Numbered from the stretch's first letter, positions 10,077-20,296 are shown. The stretch is DNA of 64,000 bases from Flavobacteriales bacterium (GCA_014239655.1 JAAZYM010000057.1:6003-70002), one strand, 5' to 3'. Numbers and translations are program-made. The notes: generated from the sequence alone by a model not told the origin.

Positions 10077-10960
10077 TATAAGATATTTAAAAGTTGTTCT
10101 TTAATTTTTTCCAATTCATCTTTCATCTGAACAATAATTCTCTGCATGTCAGCATTAGATGATTTAGAGCCAATTGTATTTATCTCTCGGCCAATTTCTT
10201 GAGATATAAAGCCCAGCTTTTTTCCGTTTGGAAAATCTGTCTCCATGGTTTCAAGAAAATAACCTAAATGTGCCTTAAGACGTACTTGCTCCTCAGTAAT
10301 ATCTTGCTTCTCTAAATAATAAATTAATTCTTGTTCAAACCTATTGTCGTCTATATCCTTAATTTCAAATTCATCCATCTTATCTTTTAAATCTTTCTTT
10401 GTTTTTTCTATCCTTTCCTTACTAAAGGATCGTATCTTAGTAAGTAGCCCCTCTATTATGCCTATCCTTTTTATAATATCCTGTTCTAATTTTACTCCTT
10501 CTGATAATCTATACTCATTCAGATTATCTATAGCCTCATTAATACCAATCGTTATTTTTTTCCATTCTTGCTCATCGATTTTTTCCCTGCCCTTTAATAT
10601 AGCTTCAGGCATTTTTAATAATGTTGGAATTAGGTCGGCTTTATCAAGTTTCAGCTCCTCTAAGTCTAAGTCTTTTTTTAGTTTCAGGATTTGCGTATGA
10701 TAATCTTTTAGTACAGATGTATTAAAGGTATAACTAGATGGTTGATCTAACTTTTCCCTCCAAATAGAAAGTTCAATTTTGCCTCTTTTTAATTTTTCTG
10801 CAAGTATTTTTCTTACCTGAATCTCCTTGTCTCTATAGACCGAAGACATTTTTACATTTAAATCAATCTGTTTGGAATTTAAAGACTTTAATTCAATTGT
10901 AAAAGTAGCATTAGAGGTGTTTAAGTCGGTCTTCCCATAGCCTGTCATTGAATGAATCAT
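10076..10960 (-). CDS. yicC: YicC family stress-induced protein
   Basis: 294 aa. Has the MIHSMTGYG N-terminus and the C-terminal REINTIGSKS motif typical of YicC. Confidence 0.85.
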   Translation of the reverse strand: MIHSMTGYGKTDLNTSNATFTIELKSLNSKQIDLNVKMSSVYRDKEIQVRKILAEKLKRGKIELSIWREKLDQPSSYTFNTSVLKDYHTQILKLKKDLDLEELKLDKADLIPTLLKMPEAILKGREKIDEQEWKKITIGINEAIDNLNEYRLSEGVKLEQDIIKRIGIIEGLLTKIRSFSKERIEKTKKDLKDKMDEFEIKDIDDNRFEQELIYYLEKQDITEEQVRLKAHLGYFLETMETDFPNGKKLGFISQEIGREINTIGSKSSNADMQRIIVQMKDELEKIKEQLLNIL

Positions 10961-10992
10961 AATCTACGTGTGTTTATACAAAATTATAAAAG

Positions 10993-11889
10993 TTAATTTG
11001 TATTTGCTTTTTTTGTAGGTATACTTACTAAAAATACGGCAATAAAAATAAAAATAGATGAAACTATCTTAATAAAGTCAATTGAATCACTACTGAAAGA
11101 AACTGCAATAATAGATGCGAGAACAGGTTGTAAATAAACATATATACTAACTACAGAAGGATTGAGAAATTTTAACGCAAAAGCATTAAAAAGATATGCT
11201 AAAAAAGTAGTACATATCACAACGAAAGCAACTTTTAAATAAATGTCATTAGTAAATGTGACAATATTAATAGATAGTAGGTCCTGATAACCAAATGGTG
11301 CCACAAATAACAATCCAAAAGTAAAAACAAATAACATTACGGTTAGCGGATTATATTTTGTCATTAATGTCTTGACAAGCACCAAATAAATAGCATAGCT
11401 TGTTGCATTAATAAACACTAAAATATTGCCCAAGAAAAAGTTGTTATCCAAACTTATATCACCAGAATTCAGAATCAATGTACTAGCACCTACTATCCCA
11501 AAAACAATTCCAAATATCTTTCTCATCGTAATACGCTCGCCAATTAACAATGCAGATATAATAATAACCAATACAGGGTTGACCGTCATAATAATCGCTG
11601 CATTTATTGGTGTTGTTAGATTTAATCCCTCAAAAAAGAACAACTGATTAATTGCTACTCCAAATAAACCACATAAAGCCAACCGTATTAAGTCTTTTTT
11701 TTCAACTGACTCTCTAATAAATAAGACATAGGTAATAAAAAAAAGTATAACTCCTCCAGTAACTCTAAGTAAGATAAACCCTGATGGATTAATATAATCA
11801 GGCATTACATCTTTTGCAATGGTATAATTTAGAGCGTAAATTAAATTAACAAAAAATAAGGCAATGTGAGCTAAAAGAATTCGATCCAA
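10993..11889 (-). CDS. EamA/DMT family transporter
   Basis: 298 aa with about 10 TM helices in two EamA-like halves. The apparent start codon is TTG. Confidence 0.8.
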   Translation of the reverse strand: MDRILLAHIALFFVNLIYALNYTIAKDVMPDYINPSGFILLRVTGGVILFFITYVLFIRESVEKKDLIRLALCGLFGVAINQLFFFEGLNLTTPINAAIIMTVNPVLVIIISALLIGERITMRKIFGIVFGIVGASTLILNSGDISLDNNFFLGNILVFINATSYAIYLVLVKTLMTKYNPLTVMLFVFTFGLLFVAPFGYQDLLSINIVTFTNDIYLKVAFVVICTTFLAYLFNAFALKFLNPSVVSIYVYLQPVLASIIAVSFSSDSIDFIKIVSSIFIFIAVFLVSIPTKKANTN

Positions 11890-11937
11890 AGGAATAATTT
11901 AATGGTAAGTTAAAATTGTTTTAGTACTGTGTTTTAA

Positions 11938-11945
11938 TACTTTTG
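11938..11945 (+). promoter_or_regulatory. -7 promoter box (TAnnTTTG)
   Basis: TACTTTTG, 28 nt upstream of the ATG at 11974. Confidence 0.45.
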
Positions 11946-11973
11946 TAAAAGTAAATAATCTAAAATAATAGAA

Positions 11974-13122
11974 ATGAAATTTGGGACAAAAACAATTCAT
12001 GCTGGCCAAAAGCCAGATCCAACAACCGGTGCAATTATGACGCCCATATACCAAACCTCAACCTATGTACAAAAAAGCCCTGGGGATCATAAAGGATATG
12101 AATACTCAAGAACTGGTAATCCTACACGAAAAGCACTGGAAGATAATCTAGCTGCTCTTGAAAATGGAAAATATGGCTTATGCTTTGGAAGTGGTCTGGC
12201 CGCAGTGGATTGTATTATAAAGCTTCTCCAGCCTGGCGATGAGGTTATATCTACAAATGACCTATATGGAGGAACATATAGAATATTTACTAAAGTGTTT
12301 GAAAGGCTAGGTATTAAATTCCATTTTACTGGTATGAATAGCATAGAACAAATAGAGTCTTTAGTTAATTCTAAAACAAAGATGATTTGGGCGGAAACAC
12401 CAACTAACCCAATGCTAAACATCATAAATATTAAAGAATTATCAAAGATATCATCAAAAAACAACCTCATCTTTGTTGTGGACAATACATTCGCAACTCC
12501 ATACCTACAAAGACCATTGGATTTAGGTGCTGATATTGTTATGCATTCTCTTACAAAATATATGGGTGGGCATTCAGATGTAGTTATGGGTGCAGCCATA
12601 TGTAAAGATGATAAACTTGCAGAACAACTATACTTCTTACAAAATAGTTGTGGAGGCGTTCCTGGTCCTCAAGACTCTTTTTTAATCCTTCGTGGTATCA
12701 AAACACTACATGTTAGGATGCAGAGACATTGTGAAAATGGAAAAGCAATAGCAAAATTTCTAGAAAAACACCCTAAAATTAACAACGTGTATTGGCCTGG
12801 TCTTAAAAATCATCCAAATCATGCAACTGCAAAAAGTCAAATGGATGATTTTGGCGGTATGATTTCATTTGATTTAATTGGTAATAAACTGGAAGATGCT
12901 ATAAAAATCGTTTCAAATACACATTTCTTTACTCTAGCTGAAAGCCTTGGGGGTGTTGAATCTCTTATTGGGCACCCTGCAAGTATGACACATGCGGCAA
13001 TACCAAAAGTAGAAAGAGAAAAAACAGGCGTGGTAGATACACTAATTAGACTAAGTGTAGGAATTGAGGATGTTGAAGATTTAATAAAAGATCTTCAAAA
13101 TGCATTAAACAAGATATCTTGA
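11974..13122 (+). CDS. Cys/Met-metabolism PLP enzyme (cystathionine gamma-lyase/beta-lyase/gamma-synthase family)
   Basis: 382 aa. Has YSRTGNPT and the PLP-lysine segment HSLTKYMGGHSD. The exact reaction cannot be assigned from the motifs. Confidence 0.85.
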   Translation: MKFGTKTIHAGQKPDPTTGAIMTPIYQTSTYVQKSPGDHKGYEYSRTGNPTRKALEDNLAALENGKYGLCFGSGLAAVDCIIKLLQPGDEVISTNDLYGGTYRIFTKVFERLGIKFHFTGMNSIEQIESLVNSKTKMIWAETPTNPMLNIINIKELSKISSKNNLIFVVDNTFATPYLQRPLDLGADIVMHSLTKYMGGHSDVVMGAAICKDDKLAEQLYFLQNSCGGVPGPQDSFLILRGIKTLHVRMQRHCENGKAIAKFLEKHPKINNVYWPGLKNHPNHATAKSQMDDFGGMISFDLIGNKLEDAIKIVSNTHFFTLAESLGGVESLIGHPASMTHAAIPKVEREKTGVVDTLIRLSVGIEDVEDLIKDLQNALNKIS

Positions 13123-13832
13123 AAAAACACGTAATTATTACTGGTAGTAGTAAAGGGATTGGTAGAGAACTAACCTTATTACTTCTAGAAAATAATTTTC
13201 AGGTATATGGATATGCTAGAACTAACTCGATAAAACATAAGCATTTCATGTTTACTCAAGTAGACTTATCTAAAGTAGGCTTATTAGATAATCTTGTTTT
13301 TCCAAAAATAAATCGAGAAGATAAAATTTATCTAATTAATAATGCTGGGGAAATTGGGGTGATAAATCCTATTGGAAACAAATTAACTAATGAAATAATA
13401 GATGAAATAAACATTAATGCTATAGCCCCAACAATTCTTTGCAATAACGTTATAAAAACATATAAGAATAAAGTAAAAGAGTTAAATATCCTAAATATTA
13501 GCTCTGGTGCCGCTCTTAGGCCTATTCCCTCTTGGGGAACTTATTGTCAGAGTAAAGCAGCGCTTGATATGCTAACAAATATGATTAAAGAAGAAAATGA
13601 TGAGATAAACGCTCTTTCTATTTCCCCTGGTATTGTAGACACTGACATGCAACGTAAAATAAGGAGTGTAAGTTCTAGTAATTTTCCATTAAAAGATAAA
13701 TTTATTGAATATTATACTAATGGAGAGCTTGCAGATCCCTTAATAATTGCACGGAAGATCTTCTATATAATGGCTAATCTATCCCAATTTAAAGGCAATA
13801 TCGTCTCTTTAAGAGATCTGTCAATAAAATAG
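13119..13832 (+). CDS. short-chain dehydrogenase/reductase (SDR) family oxidoreductase
   Basis: 237 aa. Has TGSSKGIGRE cofactor-binding and YCQSK catalytic motifs. The TTG start overlaps the upstream stop by 4 nt. Confidence 0.75.
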   Translation: MKKHVIITGSSKGIGRELTLLLLENNFQVYGYARTNSIKHKHFMFTQVDLSKVGLLDNLVFPKINREDKIYLINNAGEIGVINPIGNKLTNEIIDEININAIAPTILCNNVIKTYKNKVKELNILNISSGAALRPIPSWGTYCQSKAALDMLTNMIKEENDEINALSISPGIVDTDMQRKIRSVSSSNFPLKDKFIEYYTNGELADPLIIARKIFYIMANLSQFKGNIVSLRDLSIK

Positions 13833-14087
13833 AAAAAAATTGGCTCAAAAACCTAAAAAAAACTCATAAACTACTGATTTACAAATACTTAAGTGCCTCC
13901 ACAATTTTTAACAATAAAATGTGAAAAAAGTTGATAAAAAAGAAGGTCAATTAATCATTTGTAACAACACAAAACACTGATAATCAGTTGTTTAAATAGA
14001 AAAAATACACCTCAGATATAGTGCTTAATAAAAATCGTAACTAAAATATTTTTAAGACTAAAGTTAATGTGCAATGTGTTTTCTTTC

Positions 14088-14095
14088 TAAGTTTG
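14088..14095 (+). promoter_or_regulatory. -7 promoter box (TAnnTTTG)
   Basis: TAAGTTTG, 28 nt upstream of the ATG at 14124, at the end of a 291-nt A-rich intergenic region. Confidence 0.45.
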
Positions 14096-14123
14096 TCGAC
14101 AGTATTAACTAAATTATTAAATT

Positions 14124-14351
14124 ATGGATAATGTATTTAAGTATTTTAATGGCTTTTTCAAAGGCTTAACTGGTTTAATCATGACTGTATTAGGCCTAGG
14201 TGTAGCGGTAGAAATCCTTTTCGGAGGAGGCTCAATGTTTGGGTTAACGGTGATTGACAATGTAATGGCGGTAATCAATGGACTAGGTGGGGCAGGATTT
14301 GCTGGCTTAGTTGGATTATGTGTTTTATTCTCACTTTTAACTGCTAAGTAA
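14124..14351 (+). CDS. hypothetical Gly-rich two-TM mini-protein
   Basis: 75 aa. Built as an amphipathic N-terminus (FKYFNGFFKGL), a TM helix, a GGGS loop and a second Gly-rich TM helix (GLGGAGFAGLVGL). Bracketed by a -7 box and a strong terminator hairpin. Confidence 0.5.
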   Translation: MDNVFKYFNGFFKGLTGLIMTVLGLGVAVEILFGGGSMFGLTVIDNVMAVINGLGGAGFAGLVGLCVLFSLLTAK

Positions 14352-14376
14352 GAATACTAATTATGTTTTAATAAAA

Positions 14377-14408
14377 ATAGCCCTACATTAGTAGGGCTAT
14401 TTTATTTT
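14377..14408 (+). terminator. rho-independent terminator
   Basis: Perfect 10-bp stem ATAGCCCTAC / GTAGGGCTAT with an ATTA loop, followed by TTTATTTT. It lies 26 nt after the stop at 14351. Confidence 0.75.
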
Positions 14409-14448
14409 AAATTTTTATTACCTTTATCTCATATTTAAATTACACATT

Positions 14449-14658
14449 ATGGAAAAATTATATCATTTTATATTAGAAACATTAAATAAAGCCATAAAAT
14501 TAGCACTCACTTTCTTGTGCCTAGGTGTAATTGTGCAATTATTAATAGATGACAAGATTCTCGGCTGGGACCCTGTAGGTAATATTGAAGATGCCGGCCC
14601 TTCATTTATTGGTGTTATTGTTCTTGTTGTACTCTACCTTCTTTTTAAAAAGAAATAA
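14449..14658 (+). CDS. hypothetical two-TM mini-protein (distant paralogue of 14124-14351)
   Basis: 69 aa with the same layout as its neighbour. The first TM shares the L-x-LGV-x-V-x-x-L pattern (FLCLGVIVQLLI versus VLGLGVAVEILF). Confidence 0.45.
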   Translation: MEKLYHFILETLNKAIKLALTFLCLGVIVQLLIDDKILGWDPVGNIEDAGPSFIGVIVLVVLYLLFKKK

Positions 14659-14669
14659 CCAATTATCTT

Positions 14670-17432
14670 TTAATGGGCTTCAAGCCAATTATGGCCGACG
14701 CCTATATCAACAACTAACGGAACTTCTAGTTTACAAGCTTGACTCATTGATTGTTCAACTATCATTCTTAAATCATTTTCTTCCTCAGGATTCATATCAA
14801 AAATTAATTCATCATGAACCTGTAATATCATTTTAGATTTCATTTTTTTCTGGCTTAAATACTTGTCAATTTCTATCATAGCAATCTTAATAATATCAGC
14901 CGCTGTTCCTTGAATAGGCGCATTGATAGCGTTCCTCTCGGCTGCTCCTCGCATCACCGCATTTCTTGAATTAATTTCTCGAAGATAGCGCCTCCTGCCA
15001 AACACTGTTTCAACGTATTCATTTTCCCTTGCTTTAAGTATTGACAGATCCATGTATTTCTTTACATCTGGAAACTCATCAAAATACTGATCTATAATCT
15101 TCTTTGCCTCTACTCTGCTAACGCCTATATTCTGAGATAAACCAAAAGCAGATATCCCATAGATTATCCCAAAATTCACGGATTTTGCTGCACCTCTCAT
15201 AGTTCTATCTACATCTTTTAGTTCAACATTATAGACCTTAGAAGCAGTAGCAGAATGAATATCTATACCGTTATTAAAGGCATCAAGCATACTTCTGTCT
15301 TTGCTTAAGGAAGCCATAATTCTTAACTCAATCTGAGAATAATCAGCAGCCAACAAAAGATGTCCTTTACTAGGTATAAATGCTTGCCGTATTTTCATTC
15401 CTCTTTTTGTTCTAATAGGAATATTCTGAAGATTTGGACGAACTGAACTTAGTCTACCTGTTGAAGCTACAGATTGATTAAATGTCGTATGAATCTTTCT
15501 AGTTTTAACATCTATAATCTCAGGTAGAGCCAAGACATAAGTAGATAAAAGTTTCTTAACCTCCCTATATTCAAGTATATAATCGATAATTTGGTGTTCA
15601 CCACGTAAGCGTTGCAATGTTTCCTCAGAGGTTGAGTATTGCCCTGATTTAGTTTTCTTCGGCTTTTTTACCAACATCATTTTATCAAATAAAATCTCGC
15701 CCAGTTGCTTTGGAGATGCTATGTTAAATTCAGAGCCTGCTAAAACATATATTGCCTTTGACACCTCTAATAGAACCGTCTCTAGATCTACAGAATATTG
15801 AGCTAGCATATCAATATCTAAGCTAATTCCATGTTTTTCCATTTTACTTAAAACACGCAATAATGGCATTTCAATCTCTTTAAATAGATTATATGAATTG
15901 TTTTGTTCTAATTCTTGTTTGAAAATAGAATACAAACGACTAATTACATCTATTTCTGTGTTTATTCTTAAAGACAATGACTCTATACTTAATTCTGATA
16001 GATTAAATTTACTATTTCTATTAGCCTCTAATGATATAGATAAATACGTTTCTGATATCAAATCTAAATCATGCCTAAGATCTGGATGTAAGATATAATG
16101 AGCAATAGCTAAATCAAAGAACTCCCCATTTAAAACTATCTCATGATTTGACAATAATTTCATCTGCTCTTTGATATTATAACCTGCCTTCATGATTTTA
16201 CCATCCTCAAAAAATGGCTTTAGAATCCTTATATAATCTGAAGACCTTAAATTATTTAATGGAACATACATTATATTATCAGAAGATAATTTTATAGAAA
16301 CTCCTAAAATATTTTTAGAATTACTAATATCATTAATTACTGTCTGGAAAAATAAAGTGTTGTGTTCTAATTCTTCCTGCAAAAAATACCTTAGCTCATC
16401 ATCTGAATTACATGTTAAATAATTATCTCGTTTTTTTACAAGCTTATCTACTGCCTTTATCTTTGTCTCTTGATGAGTAAAAAGATCAATCTGATGATTT
16501 CTCAGTTCTTTCTTTTTTTCTTCTTCATTATTCCTTGACGAACTAGGCTCTTGGTGAATTGCAAGAACTCTATCGGCTATATTTCTAAATTCAAGCTCAT
16601 TAAAAAAATCTATAATAGCGTCCTTATTATCTAATTCTACTCTCATTGCTTTTTCATCAAAAGTAATCGGAACATCAGTGATAATAGTAACTAGCTTTTT
16701 TGACAACATACCCACTTCTTTAGAGGCCCTCACTTTTTCTTGTATCTTACCTTGTAAAGAATCTACATTAGCAAACAGTCCCTCAATAGATTCATACTCC
16801 GAAATAAATTTTTGCGCCGTCTTCTTTCCTACTCCAGTAATACCTGGTATATTATCAGATGCATCACCCATCATTGCTAAAAAATCTATAACCTGACTAA
16901 CTTTTCTTATACTAAACCGATCCAGCACCTCTTTTATTCCCCAAACCTCAGTAGGCTTCCATTTATTTCCAGGTCTATACATAAAAATATTTTCTGAAAC
17001 TAATTGGGCAAAATCTTTATCAGAAGTCATCATATAAACTTGAAACCCCTCGTTCTCTGCTTTTTTAGCCAGAGTTCCAATAACATCATCTGCTTCATAA
17101 CCATCTTTAAAGATTTTAGGAATTCTCAAAACCTCCAATAATCTATCTATATAAGGTAGGGCCTCTGAAATACCCTCAGGCATGGCGTCACGATGAGCTT
17201 TATAATCAGGATAATCAACATGTCTTTGCGTGGGTTTCTTAGTATCAAAGATTACAGCTATATGAGAGGGTTTCTGATTCCTAATAACCTCAACAAGAGA
17301 ATTAGTAAAGCCAAAAATTGCAGATGTATCCAGCCCCTTAGAGTTGATACGTGGATTTTTTGCAAAAGCAAAATAAGCCCTATAAATTAATGCAAATGCA
17401 TCTAGTAAAAAGATTTTTTTATGACCACTCAT
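14670..17432 (-). CDS. polA: DNA polymerase I
   Basis: Has a 5'-nuclease domain (LLDAFALIYRAYFA), a 3'-5' exonuclease-like middle region and family A polymerase motifs (DYSQIELRI, RGAAKSVNFGIIYG, QVHDEL). I prefer the start at MSGHKKIFLLDAF over the ORF-track ATG at 17450. Confidence 0.95.
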   Translation of the reverse strand: MSGHKKIFLLDAFALIYRAYFAFAKNPRINSKGLDTSAIFGFTNSLVEVIRNQKPSHIAVIFDTKKPTQRHVDYPDYKAHRDAMPEGISEALPYIDRLLEVLRIPKIFKDGYEADDVIGTLAKKAENEGFQVYMMTSDKDFAQLVSENIFMYRPGNKWKPTEVWGIKEVLDRFSIRKVSQVIDFLAMMGDASDNIPGITGVGKKTAQKFISEYESIEGLFANVDSLQGKIQEKVRASKEVGMLSKKLVTIITDVPITFDEKAMRVELDNKDAIIDFFNELEFRNIADRVLAIHQEPSSSRNNEEEKKKELRNHQIDLFTHQETKIKAVDKLVKKRDNYLTCNSDDELRYFLQEELEHNTLFFQTVINDISNSKNILGVSIKLSSDNIMYVPLNNLRSSDYIRILKPFFEDGKIMKAGYNIKEQMKLLSNHEIVLNGEFFDLAIAHYILHPDLRHDLDLISETYLSISLEANRNSKFNLSELSIESLSLRINTEIDVISRLYSIFKQELEQNNSYNLFKEIEMPLLRVLSKMEKHGISLDIDMLAQYSVDLETVLLEVSKAIYVLAGSEFNIASPKQLGEILFDKMMLVKKPKKTKSGQYSTSEETLQRLRGEHQIIDYILEYREVKKLLSTYVLALPEIIDVKTRKIHTTFNQSVASTGRLSSVRPNLQNIPIRTKRGMKIRQAFIPSKGHLLLAADYSQIELRIMASLSKDRSMLDAFNNGIDIHSATASKVYNVELKDVDRTMRGAAKSVNFGIIYGISAFGLSQNIGVSRVEAKKIIDQYFDEFPDVKKYMDLSILKARENEYVETVFGRRRYLREINSRNAVMRGAAERNAINAPIQGTAADIIKIAMIEIDKYLSQKKMKSKMILQVHDELIFDMNPEEENDLRMIVEQSMSQACKLEVPLVVDIGVGHNWLEAH

Positions 17433-17515
17433 ATTTAAGTAAAAATACAATATATAATAAACTTTACTTTTAAAAATTATACTTTTATAACATAATTAAC
17501 GTAGCTTAACTTTGA

Positions 17516-18160
17516 ATGAACAAAAAATATAATATTATTAAAATATTGAGGTGGCCTTTAATTTTTCTTCTTATAATTTGGGGGATAAAACTAATTGAAA
17601 TAGTTTGGGGATTTTCTTTTATTGAATATGGTTTGATTCCAAGAAAATTTAGTGGATTAAAAGGAATTATATTCTCTCCTATGATTCATAAAGATCTAAG
17701 CCATTTAATAAATAACTCTTTACCTGTTCTAGTACTAGGAGGGGCGCTCTGCTTCTTCTATAAGAAGAATCATAAAAAAATATTTATCTGGTTATTTATA
17801 GTTTCGGGTTTATTTCTATGGGGCATAGGGCGTCCAAACTTTCATATAGGTGCTAGTGGAATAATTTATGCGCTGGCAAGCTTTATTTTCTTTAGTGGTG
17901 TTTTGAGTAAAAACAAAAGATTATCTGCCCTATCTTTAATTGTAATATTTATTTATGGGGGGCTTTTTTGGGGGCTTTTTCCAACACATCAAGAAGTTTC
18001 TTGGGAAGGGCATCTTGCCGGCTTTATAGCGGGTCTTATTATTTCATGGTTCTTCAAAGATGATTTGCCAAAAAGAGAGAAATATCAATGGGAAATTGAC
18101 GAAGAAAACGAGAGTGATAATAATGGTCTCATAGTTAACTATGAATACACAGAAAAATAA
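17516..18160 (+). CDS. rhomboid family intramembrane serine protease
   Basis: 214 aa and polytopic. Has the catalytic GASGIIYAL (GxSG) and the downstream HLAGFIAG histidine. Confidence 0.8.
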   Translation: MNKKYNIIKILRWPLIFLLIIWGIKLIEIVWGFSFIEYGLIPRKFSGLKGIIFSPMIHKDLSHLINNSLPVLVLGGALCFFYKKNHKKIFIWLFIVSGLFLWGIGRPNFHIGASGIIYALASFIFFSGVLSKNKRLSALSLIVIFIYGGLFWGLFPTHQEVSWEGHLAGFIAGLIISWFFKDDLPKREKYQWEIDEENESDNNGLIVNYEYTEK

Positions 18161-18161
18161 T

Positions 18162-18404
18162 CTATCTGTTTTTTATAACGCCAAAATTAGATGCAAACCA
18201 AGCTCTTTCATGCCCATAATAAAACAACAATTTTATGGCTCGATCAACAATAGTTAGAAATCCAGCACCTTCTTTGGAAATCCCCTCTAATCCACAGTAA
18301 GGAGGTAATATTGTAAGGACCAAATAAGTAGTGGTCATAGCTAACAGATTCCATGTCACCGCCTTAAAAATATGTCTTCTTCTATTTATCGTAACTTTAT
18401 TCAT
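18162..18404 (-). CDS. small membrane protein, DUF2061-like
   Basis: I start it at the internal [21 protein letters not shown], which gives 80 aa. The RxxxKAxTWR-type N-terminus and two TM helices fit DUF2061. The longer ORF-track version would overlap lepA. Confidence 0.6.
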   Translation of the reverse strand: MNKVTINRRRHIFKAVTWNLLAMTTTYLVLTILPPYCGLEGISKEGAGFLTIVDRAIKLLFYYGHERAWFASNFGVIKNR

Positions 18405-18480
18405 TGTTTTTTGTTTTTCACAAACAATAATACAAAATTTAATAAAGGATTGGTTTTTAAAAAATGTATTTTCGCCGTCA

Positions 18481-20271
18481 ATGAAAGAAATCAGAAATTT
18501 TTGCATAATTGCACATATTGATCATGGTAAAAGTACTTTAGCAGATAGGTTACTAGAATTTACTGGTGCAGTTAGCGAGAGAGAGTCTCAGGATCAGTTA
18601 TTAGATGATATGGACCTAGAAAAAGAGAGGGGTATAACAATTAAAAGTCATGCCATCCAGATGAGTCATGATTTTAACAATACGGAATATATTCTAAATC
18701 TAATTGATACTCCTGGACATGTAGATTTTTCATATGAAGTTTCTCGATCGATTGCTGCTTGTGAAGGCGCACTACTCATAGTTGATGCGGCTCAAGGAAT
18801 TCAGGCTCAAACAATTTCTAATTTATATCTAGCCTTAGATAATGATTTGGAAATAATCCCTGTTTTAAACAAAATAGATCTTCCTAGTGCTGAACCTGAA
18901 GTTGTGAAAGATCAAATTATAGATTTACTTGGTTGTAAAGAAAATGAGATTATTCCGGCAAGCGCTAAGACGGGAGTAGGAATTAATAATATACTTGAGG
19001 CTATAATTACAAAAATACCAAACCCATCTGGAGATCAAAATGAACCATTACAGGCGATGATCTTCGACTCTGTCTACAATACCTTCAGGGGTATTGAAGC
19101 CTACTTTAAAATATATAATGGATCAATCCAAAAGGGGGAAAAAGTGAAGTTTATGGCTACAGGAAAGGAATATCTAGCTGAAGAGATTGGGGTTTTAAAA
19201 CTCGAAAAATATCCTAAAGAAAAAATGACGGCAGGAGAAGTAGGATATATCATCTCTGGAATTAAAGAAGCAAAAGAAGTTCAGGTTGGAGACACCATCA
19301 CATCTTTCTTGAATCCAGCCAAAACTCCGATTGTAGGCTTTGAAGAGGTTAAGCCAATGGTCTTTGCGGGAATATATCCAGTAGACACAGAAGATTTTGA
19401 AGAGTTAAGAAGTTCAATGGAAAAACTCCAACTTAATGATGCTTCACTAACATACGAAACAGAATCATCAGCTGCGCTTGGCTTTGGCTTTAGGTGTGGT
19501 TTTCTGGGAATGTTACATATGGAAATTATCCAGGAAAGATTGGAGCGGGAATTTGAAATGACTGTTATTACAACTGTCCCTAATGTATCCTACTATGCTT
19601 ACAAATCTAATGATGAAAAATTAATCATCCATAATCCGAGTGACTATCCAGACCCAAGCACCCTATCATATGTAGAAGAGCCATATATTAAAGCGCAAAT
19701 AATTACAAAAACAGATTTTATTGGTCAGGTGATGAATCTCTGTATCTCAAAAAGAGGTGAACTAAAAAATCAAGTGTATCTTACTACCGATAGAGTAGAG
19801 ATTACTTTTGAAATGCCACTAGGAGAAATTGTTTTTGACTTCTATGACAAGCTTAAATCTGTGTCAAAAGGATACGCGTCTTTTGATTACTATCCAATAG
19901 ATTATAAAATGTCAAATCTAGCTAAACTTGACATTTTATTAAATGGAGCTCCTGTAGACGCTCTTTCTGCATTAGTTCATAAAGACAACTCGTATACATT
20001 AGGGAAAAAGCTGTGTGCAAAACTCAAGGAATTAATACCGAGACAACAATTTGATATTGCTATCCAATCTGCCATTGGATCAAAAATAATCTCACGAGAA
20101 ACGGTAAAGGCTTTAAGAAAAGATGTTACTGCAAAATGTTATGGGGGAGATATCACGAGAAAACGAAAATTACTAGAGAAACAAAAAAAGGGAAAAAAAA
20201 GGATGCGTCAAGTAGGTAATGTTGAAATTCCTCAAAAAGCATTTTTATCTGTATTGCAATTAGATGATTAA
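18481..20271 (+). CDS. lepA: translation elongation factor 4
   Basis: Starts at [23 protein letters not shown] (G1 motif), then DTPGHVDF and NKID. The C-terminal [22 protein letters not shown] is LepA-specific. The 50 upstream codons in the ORF track are hydrophobic read-through. Confidence 0.95.
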   Translation: MKEIRNFCIIAHIDHGKSTLADRLLEFTGAVSERESQDQLLDDMDLEKERGITIKSHAIQMSHDFNNTEYILNLIDTPGHVDFSYEVSRSIAACEGALLIVDAAQGIQAQTISNLYLALDNDLEIIPVLNKIDLPSAEPEVVKDQIIDLLGCKENEIIPASAKTGVGINNILEAIITKIPNPSGDQNEPLQAMIFDSVYNTFRGIEAYFKIYNGSIQKGEKVKFMATGKEYLAEEIGVLKLEKYPKEKMTAGEVGYIISGIKEAKEVQVGDTITSFLNPAKTPIVGFEEVKPMVFAGIYPVDTEDFEELRSSMEKLQLNDASLTYETESSAALGFGFRCGFLGMLHMEIIQERLEREFEMTVITTVPNVSYYAYKSNDEKLIIHNPSDYPDPSTLSYVEEPYIKAQIITKTDFIGQVMNLCISKRGELKNQVYLTTDRVEITFEMPLGEIVFDFYDKLKSVSKGYASFDYYPIDYKMSNLAKLDILLNGAPVDALSALVHKDNSYTLGKKLCAKLKELIPRQQFDIAIQSAIGSKIISRETVKALRKDVTAKCYGGDITRKRKLLEKQKKGKKRMRQVGNVEIPQKAFLSVLQLDD

Positions 20272-20276
20272 AACCT

Positions 20277-20284
20277 TACTTTTG
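20277..20284 (+). promoter_or_regulatory. -7 promoter box (TAnnTTTG)
   Basis: TACTTTTG, 12 nt upstream of the ATG at 20297. Confidence 0.4.
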
Positions 20285-20296
20285 GTAAAAAAATAA

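Noticed and set aside
10344-10700. 118-aa plus-strand ORF inside yicC
   Set aside because: It is antisense to a well supported gene. It is Ser/Ile/Phe-rich and low-complexity.
11890-11973. Possible SAM or thiamine-type riboswitches upstream of the Cys/Met PLP gene (and upstream of thiL at 32769-32836)
   Set aside because: The intergenic regions are only 84 and 68 nt and are shared by divergent promoters. They are too short and too AT-rich for the known aptamers, and I saw no conserved aptamer core sequences.
12087-12599. 170-aa minus-strand ORF inside the Cys/Met PLP enzyme gene
   Set aside because: It is antisense to a gene with clear PLP motifs, and I recognise no motif of its own.
13833-14123. 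Long intergenic region considered as a possible ncRNA or riboswitch, including the imperfect hairpin at 13972-13993
   Set aside because: The sequence is extremely A-rich with almost no G/C to form stable helices. The only hairpin has a 5-bp core with a bulge. I found no resemblance to SRP, 6S, tmRNA or RNase P core motifs. An AT-rich promoter/UP region is the simpler reading.
14124-14351. Gly-rich 75-aa protein considered as a double-glycine-leader bacteriocin or microcin precursor (ILFGG|GS)
   Set aside because: The would-be leader is itself a hydrophobic TM helix rather than the short polar leader of class II bacteriocins. No peptidase-domain ABC exporter or immunity gene lies adjacent.
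14585-14836. 83-aa plus-strand ORF spanning the end of the second mini-protein and the polA 3' end
   Set aside because: It overlaps two better supported genes and has no distinctive features.
17507-17514. TAACTTTG -7 box match only 1 nt upstream of the rhomboid protease ATG (17516)
   Set aside because: With this spacing the transcription start would fall inside the coding sequence, and there is no nearby downstream in-frame start. It is probably a chance match, or the promoter lies elsewhere. The motif is only 8 nt with 2 free positions in AT-rich DNA.
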